A stretch of 64,000 bases of DNA from Candidatus Latescibacterota bacterium (GCA_965217865.1 CBDCJO010000002.1:2848001-2912000); one strand, 5' to 3'. Positions 30,979 through 38,728 are shown, counted from the stretch's first letter. Notes: generated from the sequence alone by a model not told the origin. Translations and numbers: made by a program.

Positions 30979-31322
30979 CCACCACCATCCGATCCGGCCC
31001 GCAATCTTTGATGCGTCGCTCCAGATGCTGCCAGAGGGTATGGTCATATCCCGCTCGCGTCACGGGGAATGAGAAGGCCCCGCCTTGCTGAAGTCCGGAG
31101 GGATCGAGCACCGACCCGCTGTGTTTTTCCTTGCCCGGATCGATCCCGAGGACGAAATTCTGGGAGATGGCCTGTCGTTTAAGGTGGAAGATTTTCGACT
31201 TCATCGTATACCTCCAGCGTTGAGGGTTGAGTTTGCTTGCGCTTGCCGAATCTTAAGACACCTTGCCTTGCAAGGGAAGATTCAGCCCCTCAACGCTGTT
31301 TTTTCCTCCTTTACTCAATATA
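30975..31322 (-). mobile_element. IS110-family remnant (left end plus 5' transposase fragment) at an attC site
   Basis: ORF from 31204 with VLGIDPGKEKHSG (DEDD N-terminus); upstream hairpin CAGCGTTGAGGG/CCCTCAACGCTG (31215-31298); abuts AGAAATCGTTAG, the same tail as attC 32812-32902. Confidence 0.75.
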
Positions 31323-31362
31323 GAAATCGTTAGTGGCCATGCTCGAAAATTGAGGGTTATAA

Positions 31363-31842
31363 ATGACTGATGGCACGATTGCGGTAAGGCTGGCCGAAAG
31401 AGGAGACGTGACTTCCTTACTCGATGTCCTGCCTCAAATCAGTAGTCGACGCGATAGCCTCTCCGCAACAACTCTTGGAGTCGAGGAGTCAACGCGGATA
31501 TTCGACCAGATGTGTTCTCACGGTAACGTCCACATCATCGTTGCACAGGAACGCCTCACGGAAACTATCGTAGGTGCACTTACGATAGTGATCGTCCCAA
31601 ATCTCACGTATGGTGGACGTCCTTGGTCCGTGATCGAGAATGTGGTTGTAAGGAGGGAGTGGAGAGGCAAGGGAATCGGCAAGCAGTTAATGGACTTCGC
31701 GGTAGACCTTGCGAAGGACAGGCACTGCTACAAGACGCAACTGCTGAGCGGAGTCAATGACAACCAAGTAGGCTTCTACAGAAGTACGGGCTTCGATGAC
31801 GCAAACAGTCGGGGATTCAAGAGGTATTTTGTTGACCGGTGA
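31363..31842 (+). CDS. GNAT N-acetyltransferase (cassette 1)
   Basis: VPNLTYGGRPWSVIENVVV, WRGKGIGKQLM, CYKTQL, FYRSTGF. Confidence 0.92.
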   Translation: MTDGTIAVRLAERGDVTSLLDVLPQISSRRDSLSATTLGVEESTRIFDQMCSHGNVHIIVAQERLTETIVGALTIVIVPNLTYGGRPWSVIENVVVRREWRGKGIGKQLMDFAVDLAKDRHCYKTQLLSGVNDNQVGFYRSTGFDDANSRGFKRYFVDR

Positions 31843-31870
31843 GCACCGAAAGCAGAAGTGACTGCACAGC

Positions 31871-31965
31871 CACTAACACCGTGCTCACGCTGCGGCGGCT
31901 TCGCAGCCTTGACCCTCCGGGCAACCTGGCTTGTGCCAGGTTCGTGAACACAGAAGCCGTTATGT
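31871..31965 (+). other. attC site 1 (95 bp)
   Basis: R'' CACTAAC, L'' GTGCTCACG, L' CGTGAACAC, R' GTTATGT; internal hairpins. Confidence 0.88.
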
Positions 31966-32101
31966 GTAATGCAAGTTTTGAGGACTATTCGTTTCTGATA
32001 AGGGTGCAAAGGCAAAATTATCATAGCACCATCCTACAGCAGGAACCTATACCGAGTGTTGTGGTTTCAGCATAGGATGCAGACCTGAAGGATGATGAAG
32101 G

Positions 32102-32701
32102 ATGAGACGAAATATGACAGAGGATGTGATCGCAGTCGATGATTTGATTCGCAAAGAGGCAAATGAAATTCTGGAAAGAAGAGGACTTCTAAACATTTTG
32201 AAGAAGTATGGCACTCCCCACCTGACCGGAAGCTATACTCTTTGTCTTATGACTTGGCGGGATCTCGATATTTACCTTGAGAATGAGGAAATTAGTGAGG
32301 AGGATTTCTTCGATCTTGGAGGAAAACTGGCATCTGCTCTTCATCCAGTCAAGATGAGCTTTCGAAATGAGCGGATCGCCCAAACTGACGGTTTACCACA
32401 CGGGTTGTATTGGGGAATCTACTTGGGTAACGAGAGAGAAGGGGCCTGGAAGATTGACATTTGGGCAGTTGATCCAAATCAATGTATCGAAGGAATAGAA
32501 TATTGCAATCGTCTTGCCCAAGAGATAACACCAGAAGCTCGTCTGAAAATTCTTCATATCAAGTCTGACTGCTGGCAAGATCCGGAGTACCGCCGTGCAT
32601 ATTCGAGCCAGGATATCTATCATGCCGTCTTGAAGGAAAATGTCGATAGCATTGAATCATTCAATGAGTATCTCCGAAGAGAGGGAAAGGTGAAGGTCTA
32701 A
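32102..32701 (+). CDS. Pol-beta-fold nucleotidyltransferase-like protein (cassette 2)
   Basis: TGSY...RDLDIY (GS..DxD) and WKIDIW third Asp; lower GC than flanks. Confidence 0.7.
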   Translation: MRRNMTEDVIAVDDLIRKEANEILERRGLLNILKKYGTPHLTGSYTLCLMTWRDLDIYLENEEISEEDFFDLGGKLASALHPVKMSFRNERIAQTDGLPHGLYWGIYLGNEREGAWKIDIWAVDPNQCIEGIEYCNRLAQEITPEARLKILHIKSDCWQDPEYRRAYSSQDIYHAVLKENVDSIESFNEYLRREGKVKV

Positions 32702-32811
32702 CAAGGCGTGAGCGATTGAGAAATCAAGATATTTTTGATGCTTCAAAAACAAAAGTCAGAAAACATATGTCCGCACCTTTTTGGCTGTGCCGAATTCAAA
32801 ACTTGCACAAC

Positions 32812-32902
32812 ACATAACACACATTTCACGGGCTTCGGTCGCGAAGCTCCCTACGCCGCAAACCTGCTTCGCAGGTTCGTGAACTGTGAGAAATCGTTAG
32901 GC
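32812..32902 (+). other. attC site 2 (91 bp)
   Basis: R'' ACATAAC, L'' ACATTTCACG, L' CGTGAACTGT, R' GTTAGGC; shares AACCTG..CAGGTTCGTGAAC with attC 1. Confidence 0.88.
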
Positions 32903-33048
32903 GCAAGGCGTGTCTGAGGGAGCTGTACGACGAAGCATATAAGGGTAAAGCCAAATCCTCGCCCTACTCAGATCTGGAAGGTGGATCTAATCGAGGCCCC
33001 GGTTACGGCGGCACATCCTGCGCCACCGATAGATTACATGGAGAAGAC

Positions 33049-33636
33049 ATGACCGACACTTGGCAGCACCTGACGCCATACCAGGCAACCTGGAAGGACG
33101 AGTTCGAGGCCGAGAAGTCTAAGCTACAGCCCGTCTTCGGCGTGTCCACTTTGGAGATCGAGCATATCGGGAGTACGTCGATTGAGGGCATGCCGTCGAG
33201 GCCGATTATCGACATTGCTGTGATGATCGAGAGCTACAAGGACGCCGATGGTTTCAGCGATGCGCTAATCCAGATTGGCTACGAGCCCCCTCCGCCTCCG
33301 CATGGCAATAGCAGCGGTGGGGAGAGGTACTTCTACATCAAGTGTCACCCTCCCAAGTGTCACTTATCTATCGCGTTTGCTGATCAAGGAGGCTTCTGGC
33401 ACCGTCAGATCGTCTTCCGAGACTATTTGCGGGCGAATGAAGCGGCGCGTAAGGAGTACGCGCGACTGAAGGAGGCACTACTGCACAAGTATCCGTCTGG
33501 CCACGGCGCGCCAGCCACCGGGAAGGGCGAGTACAGCAACGGGAAGACAGAGTTCGTCTACAGGATATTGGAATCGGCTGGATGGCGCGAAGGCCAACTC
33601 TATAGGGATGAAGATCCAGACACGCCCAGCACCTAA
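33049..33636 (+). CDS. GrpB/UPF0157-family protein (cassette 3)
   Basis: IEHIGSTSIEG, PIIDIAV, FRDYLRAN, EYARLK, YSNGKTEFV; stop codon lies within R'' ACCTAAC. Confidence 0.9.
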   Translation: MTDTWQHLTPYQATWKDEFEAEKSKLQPVFGVSTLEIEHIGSTSIEGMPSRPIIDIAVMIESYKDADGFSDALIQIGYEPPPPPHGNSSGGERYFYIKCHPPKCHLSIAFADQGGFWHRQIVFRDYLRANEAARKEYARLKEALLHKYPSGHGAPATGKGEYSNGKTEFVYRILESAGWREGQLYRDEDPDTPST

Positions 33637-33637
33637 C

Positions 33638-34660
33638 ACATATTAAAGGCCCCGGGTCAAGAAAAAAAGACCCCTTCATCACGATTTTCACCGTTTTTTT
33701 GCGACCCTAACGGTCGGGACTTGCAATGAGCCGATCCGAAGAGGTTTAGCGATGTTCGGATCTTTGTCAGTCGCCAGTCTGGCTCGATTTTCACATACCG
33801 GGCTAGATGTGAGCCATCTGCACCAAACACGTATTGGAAATCAAGCGTCTCTCACGGTATTCTGTGGAGCGCCCTGGGAGAGGCTTTTCCTCTCCCTCCA
33901 GAAAATAATCGGTACCCCTTGCGACCCAATCAAGAAGGATGGCTGTTCTCCCCTTTTTGTGAGGGGGAACGCCAGTTAGGTTCGGGTTCATCGCGGGGGC
34001 AGACGGACTGACTGTCTCAGATCCGCTCATCTATGTTCTATATAAGGGGTGAAGGCGGCTTCCCAATCACAGCGGGAGAGCTGGGCTATTGTCCGGACGT
34101 TGCCCTGCCAGTTAGCTGCCGGGTTAACCGCCCCACCCATTATGCTACAAACCGTTTCTCGTCGAATGCCTGGCCACTTTTGAGCATTTGGTAGGCGGCC
34201 ACGCCGAATTTATGAGCGATGACGCTCTTGGCTTTTCCCGGACCGTGTTTGCTCTTGAGTTTCTCGTAGTTTCTATTGATCGGTTCTGACCATCGCTGAG
34301 CCACGAGGATGATTTCCGAGAAGGCCCACTTTAGGTGTGGGTTTCCGATTTTGTTATTCCCGTCCTTTGTCTTCTTCCCAGCGGACTCTCTCTCGACTTT
34401 GATCAGCCGGCTGTAGGAGGAGAAGGCTGAAGCGGATTTGAACCGTTCAACCGTGTGGATTTCATACAGGATGGTCATGGCCAGCATCTCCCCAAGTCCG
34501 GGAACCGTCATCAGGATAGACAGGGCATTGCGATCGTGATGTTTGGCCTGTGCAAGGACTTGCTTCTCGACTTTGTAGATCATTTTGTCCAGGGAGTCAA
34601 CCAGGTCCAGATCGCAGCCCACAGACATACCCAGATCTGGGTCGGCCAGACGTTCGCACG
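33638..34660 (-). mobile_element. IS110/IS1111-like remnant (3' transposase half plus long right non-coding end) at the R'' box of attC 3
   Basis: TVPGLG, RFKSASAFSSY, ESAGK, KIGNPHLKWAF; outward-facing TTGACC near the right end; attC 3 stops right after ACCTAACACA. Confidence 0.8.
33780..34138 (-). ncRNA. Candidate bridge/seek RNA with two target-like loops and one donor-like loop
   Basis: Two modules AACCCG-N3/4-CTAACTGGC...TGATTGGG (34047-34138, 33915-33999) and a third stem-loop (33782-33846) sharing TATGTG with the element end. Confidence 0.6.
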
Positions 34661-34883
34661 TGTCCTTGTGAACTGAAACCTTCAGGTTCCGGTTCAGGGC
34701 GTCCAGAGCGTAATTGACTTGCTCGGCCGCCCTTCCGGCCTCCTCCTGATCGACCTCCTGCCCGCCTTGGGGCTCTCTTTGTGTCGATCCCGATCTGCTA
34801 TCGCGTTCGACCGGCACAGGGCTGGACCCATTCTGGCGCTGAAGCCTCATCTCTCTTGCAGCAATTGCGCCGATTGTATCCAT
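34140..34883 (-). CDS. flaG: In-frame chimera: FlaG N-terminus fused to IS110 transposase C-terminus
   Basis: AAEQVNYALDALNRNLKVSVHKDT is FlaG-like and sits directly after flagellin; from ~34660 it is transposase. Confidence 0.7.
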   Translation of the reverse strand: MDTIGAIAAREMRLQRQNGSSPVPVERDSRSGSTQREPQGGQEVDQEEAGRAAEQVNYALDALNRNLKVSVHKDTCERLADPDLGMSVGCDLDLVDSLDKMIYKVEKQVLAQAKHHDRNALSILMTVPGLGEMLAMTILYEIHTVERFKSASAFSSYSRLIKVERESAGKKTKDGNNKIGNPHLKWAFSEIILVAQRWSEPINRNYEKLKSKHGPGKAKSVIAHKFGVAAYQMLKSGQAFDEKRFVA

Positions 34884-34998
34884 ATCCCATCACCTCTCTT
34901 GGTGGCGCCCTCACGCCTCGATAAAAACTATGGTTGAGGGGTGTGCGGTTCTTTAAATCCGCACACTTACCATTGAACTTACTCGCCGGTGTCCGCGA

Positions 34999-36168
34999 TT
35001 ACCCGAGCAGCGACAAGGCGCTTTGCGGAAGGACGTTCGCCTGAGCCAGCAAGGCCGTGCCCGCCTGGACCAGGATCTGGCTTCTCGTGAATGCCGATAC
35101 CTCGGTCGCTATGTCCGCATCCCGGATGGATGATTCTGACGCCTGAATGTTTTCGATCGTGTTCTCGTTCGACCGCATGTTGAACGAGAGGCGGTTCTGA
35201 AACGCGCCGAGGGAACCCCGCTGGTTGGCCACGGTGGAGATCGCCGTGTCAATCGTCGTGATTGCGCTCTGCGCCCCCGATTGGGTAGAGGCCGAAAGCG
35301 CGCCCAGAGACAGCTGCGTCCCCGACGCGCTCATGTCGTCGATGCTGATGTCGAGGCGGTGGACCGCCCCGTCCCTCGGACCGATCTGGAAGGAGCCTCC
35401 GGTCGCGGACGCGTCGATCTCGATGATGGTGGTGTCCAGGTCCCCGTCTGTATAACCGTTGCTCGCCGGGGAGGTCCGGACGCCCGTCAGCGTAACCTGA
35501 ATTCCCAGCCGGTCGAAGTTCGCGATGATCGTGGTGCCCGTGGCCACCTGGCTGCCGTCGAGGGCAGGCCCCAGATCGATCGTCTGCGACACGGTCCCGT
35601 TGCCCAGGGTCACCAATCCGTCATTATTAACGGTATCTTGAAACGTGTAGGTCCCCGCTGCCGCACTGGAAATCTGCACATTGATCGCACCCGTGTCATT
35701 GGATGTGGTAAGAGCCGTGGACGCGGCTTGGTCGACCGTGTTCCCGAATCCCCTCAAGAGGTTCGTGTTGTTGTAAGAAGTGACATCGGCGATCCGGTCG
35801 ATCTCCGATACGAGCTGGGTAAACTCAGCGTTGATCGAGACCCGGTTGGAGTCCGTCACAGTCGAAGAGGCGGACTGAACCGAAAGCTCCCGCATTCGGA
35901 TCAAGACCGCGTTGATCTCGTTGAGCGAACCCTCAGCGGTCTGGATCAGGTTAGTGGCCTGTTCAGCGTTTTTCACAGCCTGTCGCAGACCGGTGAGTTC
36001 TCCCCTCATCCCTTCGGACACACTCAGACCGGCTGCATCATCGGCCGCCCTGTTGATCCGCAATCCCGACGAAAGCCGCTCTATACGAACTGCCAGATCT
36101 CGGTTGTTGATACCGAGTTGCCGGCGAACGTTGAGAGACGGAATGTTATTTCTAACTCGGAGTGGCAT
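34999..36168 (-). CDS. fliC: Flagellin (sigma28 promoter)
   Basis: ERLSSGLRINRAADDAAGL, QTAEGSLNE, RGSLGAFQNRL, SESSIRDADIA, QANVLPQSALSLLG. Confidence 0.97.
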   Translation of the reverse strand: MPLRVRNNIPSLNVRRQLGINNRDLAVRIERLSSGLRINRAADDAAGLSVSEGMRGELTGLRQAVKNAEQATNLIQTAEGSLNEINAVLIRMRELSVQSASSTVTDSNRVSINAEFTQLVSEIDRIADVTSYNNTNLLRGFGNTVDQAASTALTTSNDTGAINVQISSAAAGTYTFQDTVNNDGLVTLGNGTVSQTIDLGPALDGSQVATGTTIIANFDRLGIQVTLTGVRTSPASNGYTDGDLDTTIIEIDASATGGSFQIGPRDGAVHRLDISIDDMSASGTQLSLGALSASTQSGAQSAITTIDTAISTVANQRGSLGAFQNRLSFNMRSNENTIENIQASESSIRDADIATEVSAFTRSQILVQAGTALLAQANVLPQSALSLLG

Positions 36169-36210
36169 CTGACAACCTCCTTGTCTGCCTCATACCTTTA
36201 TGAGACACTC

Positions 36211-36228
36211 TATGGCATCCTTGCCATA
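36211..36228 (-). promoter_or_regulatory. CsrA/RsmA-type hairpin in flagellin 5' UTR
   Basis: TATGGCA-AGGA-TGCCATA with GGA in the loop, ~30 nt before SD AAGGAGG. Confidence 0.7.
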
Positions 36229-36377
36229 CCGGACGTTGGCGGTGTCCGGTGTTTCGTTCGACTGGTCTTTACAACTAAACAACAAAGGCCGTCTGACCGG
36301 CCTTGATCAGAAATACAATTAGGCCTTCACCTCCTTAGAGACGCTTAATTCCGTGTGGTTTAGCTCTTTGTCCATGG

Positions 36378-36405
36378 ATATCGGCAAAATCCACACGAAT
36401 CTTTA
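36378..36405 (-). promoter_or_regulatory. Sigma28 promoter, fliC-proximal
   Basis: TAAAGATT-N12-GCCGATAT. Confidence 0.7.
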
Positions 36406-36590
36406 ATGCGATCTGCAATGATTCGGAGGCAAAAGCCCTCAAGGGGGCCGGTATGACAGCCTTTTATATAAAAAAACGGCTATTTCGATTTTATTACACT
36501 TTTTCTATACAGGTCCTCTCATATGATACGTGATTGACCCTGTTTGTGCTCAATTTAGCTGCGATGTCCGGATCAAAAGACATCAAAATT

Positions 36591-36755
36591 CAACAATAAC
36601 CCGTTTATATACAATCTATTATCCCTTTCTTCTTGTTCCTGGCGCTCACCCGCCGCCACGCGGGATAGAGGTTGTCAGATGCCACTCTGTTAATGATGCC
36701 GCCTGGATCAGAGAATTATATTAGATTGTATTATATAACTTAGTATTGTTTGGTA
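36591..36755 (-). ncRNA. Candidate sigma28-dependent structured antisense RNA against the flagellin RBS/start
   Basis: Starts just downstream of the 36762-36788 promoter; ends are complementary; interior has GAGTGGCATCTGACAACCTC, the exact reverse complement of the fliC RBS+ATG region. Confidence 0.6.
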
Positions 36756-36761
36756 TAATTC

Positions 36762-36788
36762 ATATCGGCCTGCAAATCTAAACCTTTA
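36762..36788 (-). promoter_or_regulatory. Sigma28 promoter, distal
   Basis: TAAAGGTT-N11-GCCGATAT, near consensus. Confidence 0.8.
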
Positions 36789-36978
36789 CCCTTTTTTCCG
36801 CTCTTTTCCAACCGATTCCGCCAACCTGCATCGACGGACAATCAATGTGTGCGAGCGTACCGGCGAGGTAGGGATGCAATTCAGCCTGGATTGCAGACGT
36901 GAGGACACGTTTTCGATCTTTTGTGCTGAACACTAGATGAATCAGGATGCGGGACAGGGATTGGGGGATGTGAAATTA

Positions 36979-37064
36979 TCGCGGCCTTTCAGGCCGCACG
37001 ACGGTATTGCTTTCCAAGGACCCAGGGCAGCTCGCCTGGGTTGAGGGACAACGCGCCGTTGGCG
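36979..37064. repeat. REP-like palindrome cluster
   Basis: GCGGCCT TTC AGGCCGC; ACCCAGG..CCTGGGT; GCGCC GTT GGCGC. Confidence 0.5.
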
Positions 37065-37235
37065 CTGAAAGAAGGCCCTGACTTTAGCCTCGGCTTCTCG
37101 ATTAGCTCGAAGGCCAATCGCGAAGACAGGGTCCACACGGAGAGCCAAAAAAAACGGAGAAAGAAGGTATCTTCAGTCTCCGTTAAAATGCATGATTCCG
37201 GACGTTCCCAAACTAGTCCTTTAATTTTTAATACG

Positions 37236-38375
37236 TTACTGCAACAAAGAAAGCGCAGTCTGCGGTATCGCGTTGGCCTGCACCAGGACGGCCGTCGCAG
37301 CCTGGGTTAAAATTTGTGCCCTGGTGAACTCCGAGACCTCCTCCGCGACATCTGCGTCTCGAATTGACGACTCGGAAGCTTGGATGTTTTGAATTGCGTT
37401 CTGGGTCGATGCAATCGTAAAGGACATTCTGTTTTGAAGGGCTCCGATATTGCCGCGTTCCCGAGCGATCCTATCGATCGCAACGTCGAGCCCCGATAAT
37501 GCGTTTCGGGCATTCTCCAGAGTTCCGATAGATATCGAGTTCAGGTTCAATTCCGGCCCGCTTGCCCGCATGTCACCAATGTTAAACTGGATCTGGTTAA
37601 AGACGCCTGAGTCCGGCCCCACCTGGAATGTTCCTCCGGTCCCTGCTATGACAACAAGGGTAGTCGCATCCAGATCCCCATCGGTATAGTTATCGTTTAG
37701 ATTCAGGATAATGCCAAGTCGATCGAAGTTGGCGATCGCCGTCGTCCCTGTAGCCACCTGGTTTCCGTCAAGGGCAGTGGCAATGTTGATCGTCTGTGTC
37801 ACCGTCCCGTTGCCCAGCGTAACCTGGCTGTCCGTGCTGCCAGAATCGATAAACGTATACGTCCCGGACTGTGCACCGGAGATGCTCGCGCTGGTCACAC
37901 CCACTGCTGCATTGGAAAGGGAAGTGGACAGCGTGGCGCTTACCGTGTTCCCGAATCCAACCAGGAGGACCGTGTCATTATAAGACGTCACGTTCGCCAG
38001 ACGATCGATTTCGGAGATCAGCTGGTTGTACTCAGCCGTCAGGCCCACCCGGTTGTTATCGTTGATCGTAGATGACGCCGATTGAGCGGCCAATTCTCGC
38101 ATCCGGATCAACATGGCGCTGACCTCGTTCAACGCCCCTTCGGCAACCTGAGTCAGGTTAGTGGCTTGTTCCGCGTTTCTCATCGCCTGAGTCAGGCCGC
38201 CGATCTCGGCCCGCAAGCCTTCGCTTACGGCCAGTCCGGCTGCATCGTCGGCCGACCGATTGATCCGGAGCCCGGTTGCAAGACGCTCGATCCGGGTCGA
38301 AAGCGTCTTGCTGTTCGCAGACAGCGCACGTCTGGCGCTGATCGCAGTGATATTATTGTTGACCCTGAGAGGCAT
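37236..38375 (-). CDS. fliC: Flagellin (sigma54 promoter)
   Basis: ERLATGLRINRSADDAAGL, QVAEGALNE, RGNIGALQNRM, SESSIRDADVA. Confidence 0.97.
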   Translation of the reverse strand: MPLRVNNNITAISARRALSANSKTLSTRIERLATGLRINRSADDAAGLAVSEGLRAEIGGLTQAMRNAEQATNLTQVAEGALNEVSAMLIRMRELAAQSASSTINDNNRVGLTAEYNQLISEIDRLANVTSYNDTVLLVGFGNTVSATLSTSLSNAAVGVTSASISGAQSGTYTFIDSGSTDSQVTLGNGTVTQTINIATALDGNQVATGTTAIANFDRLGIILNLNDNYTDGDLDATTLVVIAGTGGTFQVGPDSGVFNQIQFNIGDMRASGPELNLNSISIGTLENARNALSGLDVAIDRIARERGNIGALQNRMSFTIASTQNAIQNIQASESSIRDADVAEEVSEFTRAQILTQAATAVLVQANAIPQTALSLLQ

Positions 38376-38507
38376 CCTTATCCTCTTTCTGTATGTGGCT
38401 TCTATCTATGCCCAAGAATATGGCTGGCCGATCCGATCTGAGACTTTACTACGGACAGACGCGGTGGCTGCGATATCCCTTCCCTGGCATTTCCGTTCTC
38501 CTCCTTG

Positions 38508-38523
38508 TGCAAAGCCTATGCCA
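38508..38523 (-). promoter_or_regulatory. Sigma54 (-24/-12) promoter of the upstream flagellin
   Basis: TGGCATAGGCTTTGCA = GG-N10-GC. Confidence 0.75.
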
Positions 38524-38728
38524 GATTGGGGACTTCGATAGTTATCGTTCAAAAACACAAAGAGATATGTTCAATAAGGAGATTTTTAGGATGGGGTAAG
38601 TGGGAAGGAAGGTCCGCGATCGGGAAAAAGTTGCCCGAATTGTTGAGGGAATGCTGGAAACGTGAAAACGTGCGGAATAAAATAAGCTGGATTCAGGTGC
38701 GTATAAAAACCGCCGGCCGTTGAAAGGC

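Larger units (their letters stand above)
31329..33640 (+). mobile_element. Integron cassette array without integrase in window (three cassettes)
   Basis: Cassette core sites complementary to their own inverse cores: GTTAGTGGC/GCCACTAAC, GTTATGTGT/ACACATAAC, GTTAGGCGC/GCACCTAAC; co-oriented single genes. Confidence 0.88.

Noticed and set aside
31839-32075. 78-aa ORF between cassettes 1 and 2
   Set aside because: Runs across attC 1 and the cassette boundary; no motif
32696-32720. Extra attC starting GTCTAACAAGGCG at the cassette 2 stop codon
   Set aside because: No matching L'/R' arm found, and the cassette's core site pairs with ACACATAAC at 32810; at most a degenerate remnant
30975-34660. 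The two IS110 fragments as halves of one circularly permuted element
   Set aside because: They abut different attC arms and appear to have different architectures (structured upstream end versus long downstream end); not formally excluded without an alignment
35281-36306. 341-aa plus-strand ORF opposite flagellin, and similar long shadow ORFs (e.g. 13824-14621, 26500-27222, 53721-54449)
   Set aside because: Antisense shadows of well-supported genes in GC-rich DNA, with no motifs
36600-36690. The 20-nt fliC match as a TnpB/TldR guide RNA
   Set aside because: No TnpB/Cas12-like ORF in the window and no recognisable omega-RNA scaffold before the match
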